Assembly: GCA_046346665.1 (NCBI GenBank)
Contig: JAXMHQ010000030.1
Span: 747-64,746, forward strand
Origin: Verrucomicrobiota bacterium
GTDB taxonomy: Bacteria > Verrucomicrobiota > Verrucomicrobiia > Limisphaerales > JAXMHQ01
Length of the DNA: 64,000 bases
Direction: 5' to 3'
The notes below the pieces were generated by a model. That model searched no databases, had not been told where the DNA came from, and saw only the letters and a program-made list of their open reading frames with translations. Shown piece by piece: positions 35,356-44,500 of this stretch. The first letter of the stretch is position 1. Every line of letters starts with the position of its first letter. The position numbers and the translations under genes were made by a program.

Positions 35356-36330
35356 ATGTCCGGATTCTCCAAATCACCCTGGATCATTCACTACGACGCT
35401 TCGAGCTGCAACGGGTGCGACATCGAGACGCTGGCGTGCCTGACGCCGATGTTCGACGTGGAACGGCTGGGCGTGGTGAACACGGGCAACCCGAAGCACG
35501 CCGATATTTTCCTCGTCACCGGCGCGGTGAACGAACAGAGCCGCGATGTGATCCGGAATATTTACCACCAGCTTCCCGAGCCCAAGGTGGTGATCGCGGT
35601 CGGGATCTGCGCCGCCACGGGCGGCATCTTCGCCGAGTGCTACAACATCTCCGGCGGCGTGGACAGCGTGATCCCGGTGGATGTCTACGTGCCGGGCTGC
35701 GCTGCGCGGCCGGAGGCGATCATCGACGGGGTGGTGCAGGGCCTCGGCGTGCTGGAACGCAAGCAGAAGGAGATGGAGGCGATCAAGAACTCGCTCGACA
35801 AGGTGCAATACCAGCGCGCGTCGAAGTCGGATGCGCCTGAGATCCTCGCGTTGCAGAAGATCGCCTACCGCACCGAGGAGGAAATTTACGGGCCGGACAG
35901 CCTGCCGGCGATGGTGCAGACGCTGGAGGATCTGGAAAATGAATTCGATCGCCGTCCCGACCGCGAGGCGCACGTGCTCGGCGCGCGCGGCAGCCAGGGC
36001 GACGTGGCGGGCGACCCGGATCATTTCGTGTTTTTGAAAGCCGTGGTGAACGGAAAGATCATCGGGGCCGTGCGCGGTTTCGTGGTGGAAGACACCGCCT
36101 ACCTGAGCCGCGTGATTGTGCATCCGTATTTCCGGAACCGCGGGATCGGGCGGCGGCTGACGGAGGAGATCGAGAAGGCGTTTGCGAAGACGGCGCGGTT
36201 CGAGATCTTCACGGGGCACCGGAGCGAATCGAATTTGCGCCAGTTCAAGAAGCTCGGCTATTCCGAATTCAAGACGGAACCTTTCACGCCCGCGATCACG
36301 TGGGTTTACCTGGAGAAACGACGGTCATGA
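35356..36330 (+). CDS. echC: Ech hydrogenase small subunit (NuoB-like) fused to a C-terminal GNAT N-acetyltransferase domain
   Basis: The first ~135 aa carry SCNGCDIE...GICAATGG...VPGCAARPE (NuoB/EchC 4Fe-4S ligands). The last ~170 aa carry GNAT features, including motif A HPYFRNRGIGRRL. Single uninterrupted frame. ATGA overlap with echD. Confidence 0.75.
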   Translation: MSGFSKSPWIIHYDASSCNGCDIETLACLTPMFDVERLGVVNTGNPKHADIFLVTGAVNEQSRDVIRNIYHQLPEPKVVIAVGICAATGGIFAECYNISGGVDSVIPVDVYVPGCAARPEAIIDGVVQGLGVLERKQKEMEAIKNSLDKVQYQRASKSDAPEILALQKIAYRTEEEIYGPDSLPAMVQTLEDLENEFDRRPDREAHVLGARGSQGDVAGDPDHFVFLKAVVNGKIIGAVRGFVVEDTAYLSRVIVHPYFRNRGIGRRLTEEIEKAFAKTARFEIFTGHRSESNLRQFKKLGYSEFKTEPFTPAITWVYLEKRRS

Positions 36331-36707
36331 GCGAATCCATCGAAATCATCCCCATGGAATCCCTGCGGGAGCGCGCCCGTGGTTTCCGCGAGCAGGGCTG
36401 GCGGCTGGTGCAGATCAGCGCGACGCGGCTGCCGGACCAGGTGGAGCTGACTTACAGTTTCGACCGCGGGGGCGAGATGAAGAACCTGCGGTTTTCCGCG
36501 GCGCCGGTGGAGACGCGGGTGCCGAGCATCAGCCCGGTTTACGGCTGTGCGATTCTTTACGAGAATGAAATCCACGATTTGTTCAACGTGCAGGTGGAGG
36601 GGTTGACGGTGGATTTCAAAGGCAACCTTTACAAGACCGCGATCAAGTTTCCGTTCGGCTCCACGAAGGCGCCCTGCGCGAAACCGGCCGGCACGGCGGC
36701 TTCCTGA
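36327..36707 (+). CDS. echD: Ech hydrogenase subunit D (short NuoC-like)
   Basis: About 126 aa. ...ELTYSF......LRFS........PSISPVY..A...ENEIHDLF.V resembles the 30-kDa/NuoC core. Confidence 0.7.
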   Translation: MSESIEIIPMESLRERARGFREQGWRLVQISATRLPDQVELTYSFDRGGEMKNLRFSAAPVETRVPSISPVYGCAILYENEIHDLFNVQVEGLTVDFKGNLYKTAIKFPFGSTKAPCAKPAGTAAS

Positions 36708-36712
36708 TTTTT

Positions 36713-37789
36713 ATGGCACGCACCGTCATTCCCTTCGGCCCCCAGCACCCGGTCCTGCCGGAACCCATCCACCTCGACCTCGTCGTCGAGGACGAAAAGG
36801 TCGTCGAGGCGCGGCCGTCGATCGGGTTCATCCACCGCGGCCTCGAGCAGCTTGCGGAGAAAAAGGATTACGTGGAGTTCGTGTATGTCGCCGAGCGCAT
36901 CTGCGGCATCTGCAGTTTCATTCACGGGCAGACCTATTGCCAGGGGGTGGAGACGCTGATGAACATCGCGGTGCCGCCCCGCGCGCTTTACCTGCGCACG
37001 ATCTGGGGCGAACTGTCGCGGCTGCACAGCCACCTGCTCTGGCTCGGGCTGATGGCAGACGGCATGGGGTTCGAAAGCCTGTTCATGCACTCGTGGCGCG
37101 TCCGCGAGCGCATCCTCAACATCATCGAAGCCACCACCGGCGGCCGCGTCATCTTCGGCTCCTGCAAAGTCGGCGGCGTGCGGCGCGACCTCGATGCCGA
37201 CATGCTCAAGGCGCTGCCCGCCGAACTGGATGGAATCGAGAAGGACATGCGCGAGATCGTGAAGGTGTTCCTCGACGACAATTCCGTGAAAGCCCGCCTG
37301 TGCGGCGTCGGGGTGCTGACAAAGGACGAAGCCTACGACCTCGGTTGCGTGGGGCCGATGCTCCGGGCCAGCGGCGTGTCGCAGGACATGCGCAGCCTGG
37401 GCTACGCGGCGTTCAAGGACATCCCCGTCGAGCCGGTGGTGCGCACGGAAGGTGATTCCTATGCGCGGTGCGCAGTGCGTTGCGAGGAGTTGTTCCAGTC
37501 GGTCGCCATCATCCGCAAAGCGCTGGCCGCGCTGCCCGCCGGCGAGATCGCCGTCAAGGTCGCCGGCAATCCCACCGGCGAAACCATCACGCGCACCGAA
37601 CAGCCCCGCGGCGAAGTGGTGTATCACCTGAAAGCCAACGGATCGAAAAACCTCCAGCGTTTCCGCGTCCGCACCCCGACGTTCGCCAATCTGCCGGCAA
37701 TGCTGAAGGTGCTGCCGGGCTGCGAACTGGCCGATGTCCCGATGATCGTTCTCACCATCGACCCCTGCATCAGTTGCACGGAAAGGTAA
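36713..37789 (+). CDS. echE: [NiFe]-hydrogenase large subunit, group 4 (EchE/NuoD-like)
   Basis: N-terminal metal-site motif RICGICS and C-terminal DPCISCTER. 358 aa, the same size as EchE. Confidence 0.9.
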   Translation: MARTVIPFGPQHPVLPEPIHLDLVVEDEKVVEARPSIGFIHRGLEQLAEKKDYVEFVYVAERICGICSFIHGQTYCQGVETLMNIAVPPRALYLRTIWGELSRLHSHLLWLGLMADGMGFESLFMHSWRVRERILNIIEATTGGRVIFGSCKVGGVRRDLDADMLKALPAELDGIEKDMREIVKVFLDDNSVKARLCGVGVLTKDEAYDLGCVGPMLRASGVSQDMRSLGYAAFKDIPVEPVVRTEGDSYARCAVRCEELFQSVAIIRKALAALPAGEIAVKVAGNPTGETITRTEQPRGEVVYHLKANGSKNLQRFRVRTPTFANLPAMLKVLPGCELADVPMIVLTIDPCISCTER

Positions 37790-37790
37790 T

Positions 37791-38120
37791 ATGGGCTATT
37801 TCGAAATGTCCCGGCTGGCATTGAAGTGGGCGCTCACAAAGCCCCCGACGAGCCGCTATCCCTTTGAACCGCGCAAAGCGATCACCGGATCGCGCGGCCA
37901 GCTTATCTTCACCAAGGACGGCTGCGTCTACTGCAACGTCTGCGCGAAAAAATGCCCCACCGGCGCCCTGACCATCAATCGCGCCCAGAAAAAGTGGATG
38001 ATCGACCGCCTTCGCTGCATCACCTGCGGCTATTGCGTCGAAGCCTGCCCGAAAAAATGCCTCGAACTCGGCACCGGCCATGGAAATCCGGCCGTGACAA
38101 AGGACCGGGAAATCCACTGA
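37791..38120 (+). CDS. echF: Ech hydrogenase 2x[4Fe-4S] ferredoxin subunit (NuoI-like)
   Basis: CVYCNVCAKKCP and CITCGYCVEACP. Confidence 0.85.
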   Translation: MGYFEMSRLALKWALTKPPTSRYPFEPRKAITGSRGQLIFTKDGCVYCNVCAKKCPTGALTINRAQKKWMIDRLRCITCGYCVEACPKKCLELGTGHGNPAVTKDREIH

Positions 38121-38121
38121 G

Positions 38122-38259
38122 CGCGGAATGCGCCATTCCGCACTCCGCATTCCGCACTTGAAGGTGGGGCGAGACTCCGTCGAGCCCTCTCTGAGATTTC
38201 AAATTTGAAATTTGAGATTTCACATCTAAAGTCAGGGCTCGACGGAGTCTCGCCCCACC
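38122..38259. repeat. Module string E - C - D - C'
   Basis: GCGGAATGCGCCATTCCGCACTCCGCATTCCGCACT. Then AAGGTGGGGCGAGACTCCGTCGAGCCC. Then TGAGATTTCAAATTTGAAATTTGAGATTTCAC. Then AGGGCTCGACGGAGTCTCGCCCCACC. Confidence 0.9.
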
Positions 38260-38350
38260 GCCTGCAAAAGCCTTCTTGATCTTCCACGATCTCAACGTTA
38301 GAATCGCTTCTCAACAACGCCCGGCGCATTGCCGGGTTCACTGACGTGTT

Positions 38351-39772
38351 ATGAGCGAAACACCGGTCGCCAGATCCACCAAGTACGCCTGGAGCGATGT
38401 TCCGCGAGTCGAACCCCCCAAGCGTCCGGCCTCGAATCGTGTCGCGGATTTTCACCGGGTTGAGATTCCCTACGATGAAGAGACGGCGAGCGTGCAGGCG
38501 AGCCGGTGCATTTTGTGTCCGACGCCGGTGTGCGTGGCGTGTTGTCCGCTGGAAGCGCCGTTGGTGGAACTGCTGCGGCTGACGGCGGACCGCCAGTTCA
38601 CCGAGGCGGCCGAGTTGTTTTTCGCGAGTCACAACATTCCCGAGATTGCCTCGCACACGTGCCTGGGTGGACGCCAGTGCGAGCGGGTTTGCGTGCTGGG
38701 CGACAAGACGGATCCCGTCCCGGTGCGGGCGATCACGCGGTTCCTGCTCGATTACGGATGGAAACACGGGCTGGCCGAACCGGCGGTGGCTCCGTCGAAG
38801 GAACAATCCGTCGCGGTGCTGGGTTCCGGCATCGGCGGCCTGGTGGCGGCCGATGAATTATCGCGTCGGGGCTACGAGGTGACGGTGTTTGATTCGAGGC
38901 GCAACCCGGGCGGGCGGATGATGAACGGGCTGCCGGGATTCCGGATGGACACGGAGTTGGTGAAGCGCCGGATTGAACTGTTGAAGCAGCGGGGCATCCG
39001 GTTTCGGATGGGTGTGAATTTCGGGCAGGAAGTGAAGCTGTCGGATTTGCGCGGTCAATTCGACGCGGTGTTCCTGGGATTCGGGCGGGCGGAACCGGTG
39101 CCGCTGGACATTCCGGGCGGGCAATTGAAAGGGGTTCACGACGCGTATGCGTTCATGGCGGGGGACGCGTGCATCGATGAACCGGCCGTGGGCGTCGAGG
39201 TGCGCGGCAAACGCGTGGTGGTGCTCGGCGCGGGAGACACGGCGATGGATGCCTTGCGCATGGCGATCCGTTACGGCGCGGCAGAGGCGGTGTGTGTGTA
39301 TCGACGCGACAGCGCCAACCTGCCGGCCGATGCCGAGGAATACGCCAATGCGGTCGAGGAAGGCGCGCGCTTTCTTTTCCTGAGCCAGCCGGTGGCCCTG
39401 CTGGGCAGCCCATCCGGCCGGGTCAACGCCATCCGCTGCCGCCGCGTGGAACTTGTGACCGACCCGGGAGCGCTCCGGCCCGAGGCGCGGTCGCTGCCGG
39501 ACGCCGATTTTGAAATTCCGGCCGACGTCGTGCTGGTGGCCTACGGCTTCACCGCGCCGCGGCTCCCGGCGTTCGACGATTTTCAACGCGTCACCGCCGA
39601 CGCCCAGGGGCGCGTCGAGGTGGACGAGAATCGCATGACCAGTTTGCCGGGTGTGTTCGCGGGCGGATCACTCGTGCGCGGCCCCGTGCCGCTGGTGGAA
39701 GTGGTCCGGGACGCGCGCAATGCAGTCGCGTCCATGGATCGCTACCTGAAAACCCGCCGGGCGGCCCCGTGA
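38351..39772 (+). CDS. GltD/NfnB/SudA-like NAD(P)H-dependent FAD oxidoreductase with N-terminal Fe-S clusters
   Basis: CILCPTPVCVACCP and CLGGRQCERVC Cys clusters. Dinucleotide folds VAVLGSGIGGLVAA and VVVLGAGDTAMDA. Length and order as in the glutamate synthase small chain. Confidence 0.8.
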   Translation: MSETPVARSTKYAWSDVPRVEPPKRPASNRVADFHRVEIPYDEETASVQASRCILCPTPVCVACCPLEAPLVELLRLTADRQFTEAAELFFASHNIPEIASHTCLGGRQCERVCVLGDKTDPVPVRAITRFLLDYGWKHGLAEPAVAPSKEQSVAVLGSGIGGLVAADELSRRGYEVTVFDSRRNPGGRMMNGLPGFRMDTELVKRRIELLKQRGIRFRMGVNFGQEVKLSDLRGQFDAVFLGFGRAEPVPLDIPGGQLKGVHDAYAFMAGDACIDEPAVGVEVRGKRVVVLGAGDTAMDALRMAIRYGAAEAVCVYRRDSANLPADAEEYANAVEEGARFLFLSQPVALLGSPSGRVNAIRCRRVELVTDPGALRPEARSLPDADFEIPADVVLVAYGFTAPRLPAFDDFQRVTADAQGRVEVDENRMTSLPGVFAGGSLVRGPVPLVEVVRDARNAVASMDRYLKTRRAAP

Positions 39773-39832
39773 GCCGCCTCCGCGGCGTCATGCTGTCCTC
39801 TTGAACCCGTCCGCCTTTGTCTGCATGGCTAA

Positions 39833-39998
39833 GGATGAATGGATTCCTGGATCAATGGATAAATGGGGGGACTGACGCGCGGAATCATCCATCAATCCAT
39901 CAATCCATTGATCCAACAATCCTCACGGCTCCGGTCAGGGCTCGACGGAGTCTCGCCCCACCTTGAATCCGTGTCCATCCGTGTCCATCCGTGGTTAA
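39833..39998. repeat. Family-G hairpin + C' + B' half-modules
   Basis: GATGAATGGATTCCTGGATCAATGGATAAATGGGGGG...ATCCATCAATCCATCAATCCATTGATCCAACAATCC. Then CAGGGCTCGACGGAGTCTCGCCCCACC. Then AATCCGTGTCCATCCGTGTCCATCCGTGGTTAA. Confidence 0.85.
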
Positions 39999-40082
39999 GC
40001 CTTTTTGCGTCGAGTCGGGGTGGCGGCTGAGAATCGTCTTGATCGGGAGGGGAATTTCGCGGATCTTCTTCGGCCTCCGGGG

Positions 40083-40157
40083 GCGCGCTTAGCTCAGCGG
40101 TAGAGCACTTCCTTCACACGGAAGGGGTCGCAGGTTCAAACCCTGCAGCGCGCACCA
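40083..40157 (+). tRNA. tRNA-Val (anticodon CAC), CCA encoded
   Basis: Manual cloverleaf. Acceptor GCGCGCT/AGCGCGC. D-arm GCTC-AGCGGTA-GAGC. Anticodon stem CTTCC/GGAAG with loop TTCACAC. T-arm GCAGG-TTCAAAC-CCTGC. Discriminator A, then CCA. Confidence 0.9.
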
Positions 40158-40180
40158 TTTTTCAGTTTTTTTCGCATCCC

Positions 40181-40220
40181 AAAAACAAAGCGGCTCCAGG
40201 CCGTTGTCAGCCTGGAGCCG
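40181..40220 (-). terminator. Rho-independent terminator for the minus-strand HhH gene
   Basis: On the minus strand: CGGCTCCAGGC, loop, GCCTGGAGCCG, then CTTTGTTTTT. Confidence 0.7.
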
Positions 40221-40239
40221 AGCAAGCAGGATCCGCAAA

Positions 40240-41421
40240 TCAGAGTTTCAACCGGCTCCGAATTTTCGCCAGCAGCCGGGGGCCGATGCCTTTGACTTTG
40301 GCCAGCTCATCCAGGGAACGGAACGGGCGCCTGGCGGCGATTTCCGCCGCGGCTTTCTTCGGCAATCCCTTGACGGCCGCGAGTTCCTCCGGTGTCGCGC
40401 TGTTAACAGAAACCGCCTTCGAATCGATCGATGCTGTAGTCTTCGCAATCGCCGGGGCCGGGCTCGGCGCAGCTGCAGGCGTGGGCGCGGGTGCAGGCAC
40501 TGCCGCTCGGACGGGTGCAGGCGCCGGTGTGCGCACGGGTGCGGGCGCGGCAGGCGCTGCCGCGGCGGGTGCGGCGGGTGCGGCGGCGCGCAGCGGCGCG
40601 TCCATCGTCAGCGGTGCGCTGAAATTTGCAAAATCACGCGTCACAAATCCGAGCGGCGTCCACTCGCGCAGCATCAGCACCATGTTCCAGGTGCCCGCCG
40701 GCGGCGCGGAGAACGGCAGGTCATGCGATTGCCCGCCGATTCCTGTCTGTCCGGCGATTGATCCCAGTTGAATTCCGGCCACGGGGACGCCGCCGAAACG
40801 GCCCCCGCGATAAATCTCCGGCAAGGCCCAAAGTTCCAGGGACAACGTCCCGCTCAGGTTGGCGAGGTCGCGCGGATTCTCGATCCGTTCCACGTCAATC
40901 GTCACGCGGCCGCCGTGGATGCGGTATCCGACGTTGCCGGCGAAGCGGGGCAGGCAGAATTGTTCGCGGTGCGGGTAGACGCCGAGATCGTGGACTTCGT
41001 CGGGTTGTCCGGACGATTTGCTGACGAGGGCGAGCGACAGGAGATGGTCGCCGGTCCCGGCGGGGAGCATCGCCCAGCCGGCCGTTTCGAAGCTTTCCAC
41101 TTCGTCCGCGATCTCGCCCATCGGCGGCAGGAGAAATTCCGCCACAAAAATTCCGGAGACCGGCTCCGGCCACTTCGGCGCCGTTTTGTGAGCCCACAGT
41201 TGCAGGGCCCAGGAACGCTGATGCGCCGCGGGATCCAGGACGGTGAAGAGCGCGTTCACCTGCACGCGGTCGCCGTCGAAGCGGTAGCCGTGCGCGCCGC
41301 CGAATTTCGCCAGCGGTTTTGAGGACGTTTTTAAAATCAATTGAGCCGGTTCGGATAAATTCATCGACCCAAAAAACCGCAAGGCTTCCCGGGGGTCAAT
41401 TCGGAACCCGGCCGGAACCAT
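40240..41421 (-). CDS. Hypothetical protein: duplicated N-terminal domain + Pro/Ala linker + ComEA-like helix-hairpin-helix tail
   Basis: Internal duplication (GYRFDGDRVQVNA...WALQLWA and GYRIHGGRVTIDV...LSLELWAL). A PAAPA-rich linker. C-terminal VNSATPEELAAVKGLPKKAAAEIAARRPFRSLDELAKVKGIGPRLLAKI. An alternative start exists at 41364. Confidence 0.6.
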   Translation of the reverse strand: MVPAGFRIDPREALRFFGSMNLSEPAQLILKTSSKPLAKFGGAHGYRFDGDRVQVNALFTVLDPAAHQRSWALQLWAHKTAPKWPEPVSGIFVAEFLLPPMGEIADEVESFETAGWAMLPAGTGDHLLSLALVSKSSGQPDEVHDLGVYPHREQFCLPRFAGNVGYRIHGGRVTIDVERIENPRDLANLSGTLSLELWALPEIYRGGRFGGVPVAGIQLGSIAGQTGIGGQSHDLPFSAPPAGTWNMVLMLREWTPLGFVTRDFANFSAPLTMDAPLRAAAPAAPAAAAPAAPAPVRTPAPAPVRAAVPAPAPTPAAAPSPAPAIAKTTASIDSKAVSVNSATPEELAAVKGLPKKAAAEIAARRPFRSLDELAKVKGIGPRLLAKIRSRLKL

Positions 41422-41535
41422 GAATTGTTTTCATGCTAATCCACAACTCTGAGAAACGATCAGGATTCATTCGGGGTGGGGATGGCTTTCATTAAAGCTT
41501 TGACCAAATCGCATGCAATTGCTAAAGAAGGGCTC

Positions 41536-44500
41536 ATGCATCCGTGGAGGCGAGATTCTTCTTATTCGCGCTGGCTGTATCTCCTTTTGTTCTGCTTTGG
41601 GCTCGGACGACCGGGGTCGGCGGAAATTCTGCCGGGCGCGGTGCATGGCTGGGGACAATACGTTACGAACGGCAGGCCTGTGGGGCTTGGGGACGTGATT
41701 GATGTCAAGGCGGCTTACCGTTATTCCGCCGCGTTAAGGGCAAACGGCACGGTGGCCATATGGGGTGACGACAGTTCCGGCCGGCCCGTCGCGCCTGCGA
41801 ACGCGACGAACGTGACCGCGATCTCGGCGGGTTCTTCAATGGTCATGGCTCTGATGTCGGACGGCCGCGTCCAGGTCTGGGGAAATCCCAATTACGTGGA
41901 TGCCGGAACTCTGACCAATGTTCCGGCCGGTGCGACCAATGTGATCGCCGTCGCGGCCGGGACGGATCATTGCCTGGCGTTGAGAGGGGACGGAACTTTG
42001 GTGGCTTGGGGGAGCAATTTCTGGAGTAACTGGGGACAGACGGACGTGCCGGCGGCGGCCACCAACGTCTCCCTGATAGCGGCGGGGGAATCCTATAACC
42101 TGGTCCGCAGGTTGGACGGTTATCTCATGGCTTGGGGCGACACGAATCACTATGGACCAATTCCGGCGAATGCGACCAACCTGACGGCCCTGGCACTGGG
42201 TCCGTATGGAAACGTGCTGGCCTTGAAACCGGACGGCACGGTGCTCGCCTGGGGCAACAGCCCCTCAGGACAGACCAATCTTCCCGCTGGCTTGACGAAC
42301 GTGGTTTCGATCGCTTGCGGCGATTCGCATTGCGCAGCCTTGCGCGCGGATGGAACCCTGGTGCTCTGGGGAGGGAACAGTTACGGCCAGACGACAATTC
42401 CGACCAACCTCTTCCGGTTCCGGGCCGTTGCGTGCGGGGCCAAACACACCGTGGCCATGAGCGGCGCGCCGCTCGTGGACGGCATCGCTCCCGAGGAACA
42501 GGGCGTGCTGGCCGGCGATCCGGCGATGTTCCAGGCCTCTGTCGCGTCAACCGATCCCTGGGCCGGTCAATGGTTCAAGGACGGCGTGCCCATCGCCGCC
42601 ACCAACGCGCTGCTCACGTTGTCCGACCCGCAGTCGGCCGATTCCGGCGAGTATACGTTCACCGCCACCAACCAGTTTGGATTCACCGTGAGCGACTTTG
42701 CGTACTTGGGCGTCAACGGATCGGCCGTGCGATGGGTGGCCCAGCCATCCAACCAGGCAGCTTTGCCGGGACAACCCGCCTCCTTTACCGCGACGGTGGC
42801 CGGGTCCGAGCCGATGCGATACCAGTGGCTGCACAACGGTGCTCCCATCCCGGGCGCCACGAATGGTACCCTGTTGATTCCGTCCGTGGCGCCTGCGGAT
42901 GAAGGGACCTATACGGTGACGGTCACGAATGTTCTTGGCGGAGTCGTCAGCGCCCCGCGTTATCTCGCGGTCACCCTTCCATTTTTCCTGACAGCGCCTT
43001 CGGACATTCGCGCGCGGACAAACTGGGATGTCTCGATCACGACCGGCGTGCTGAGCCCGACGCCGGTGAGTTACGCCTGGTACAAGGACGGGGTGCAGCT
43101 CACGAATGAAACCGGTCCCAGCCTGCGCTTTGCATCCTTGCAGGAAAGCGACGCCGCGGATTATGTCCTGGTGGCTGCCAACGACGCAGGGTCGGTCACT
43201 AATCCTCCGGTGCATGTCACGGTGCTTCCGAGTTACATTGTCCCCGCCGAACCCGGCGTGGTGGTGAACTGGGGAAATATCACGCCTTACGCAAATTACA
43301 CAGCTCTTAAGAATGCCACGAATGCCGTTTCCATCGGAACCGGCTTATGGCATCTGCTGGCCTCGTGGCCGGACGGCACGGTCAGCATTTGGGGCGACCC
43401 GTCTGACTTGACGCTCATGAGCATACCGCCGGAGACGACCAACGTGGTCAGTGTCATTGGCGGTCAGCATTACAGCCTGGCGATTCGCCGGGATGGCACG
43501 ACCGTGGTCTGGGGCGTGCCGCCGTTCAGCGCAGGTGCGCCGGTGCCGACCACGACGAATGTGATGTCGGCCGCCCTCGGGCCGAATCATATCATGTACC
43601 TGCGGCGGGACGGCTCGGTCATGAGTTTTCCGTATGTCACGCCGCCCAATGTGACAAACATCGTGGCGGTGGGCGCGACCGATTTCTACTCGTTTGCGCT
43701 GCGGGCGGACGGCCGGATTTTGATCTGGCTGGCCTATCAGAATGTGAATACCAACGGGCCTCCGGCGGCGGAGCTGCCGGGCGTGACGAATGCCGTGAGC
43801 GTAACGGGGGGGGAGAACTACAGGGTGGCCGCTCTCCTGAAGGACGGCGGCGCCATTACGATTGCCGTTGCCACGGGCTCCCAGTCCTGGACCCCGATGG
43901 CGGGCATCAGCAACGCAGTGCAAGTCGCTGCCGGCCGCGGTTATGCCGCGCTGCTGGCCACGGGAGAAGTGTCGGCGGGGGGCGATTCGAGCATTCTCCC
44001 GGTGCCGAACGGGTTGCGGGCGCACCAGATTTCCGGTGGTCTGCTGCAGGTCGCGGCGCTGACGGTCGCGCCGTTTTTTGACGTGCAGCCCCAGTCTCAA
44101 ACGCTCTCCGCCGGGAGTGCCATGACGTTGTCCCCGATCGTCCGCAGTGCGTCAGCCTGCTCGTTTCAATGGTATTACCAGGGCAATCCGGTTCCGAACG
44201 CCACCAACAGTCTCTTCAGCCTGGCGCAAGTCCGCCCGAGCCAGGGAGGCACCTACCAGCTTCTCGCCACCAACCCGCGCGCCCAGACCTGGAGCGTGCC
44301 GGCAACGATTACTGTTCAGGGACTGGCGGAGATCCTGACACTGTCCAGCAACCAGTTCCTGCTGGCCGGCGACACGCTGAACCTGGGAGCAACTTATGTG
44401 GCGAATCCAAGTGCCAGCCTGCAATGGAAGTTCAACAATTTTTCAATCCTGGGGGCTACCAATGCCACCCTCACGCTCACCGGCATGACCGAGGCCATGA

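Noticed and set aside
40083-40157. Genomic island integrated at tRNA-Val
   Set aside because: No integrase gene and no direct repeat of the tRNA 3' end is seen downstream. The neighbouring genes have the same GC character as the rest of the window.
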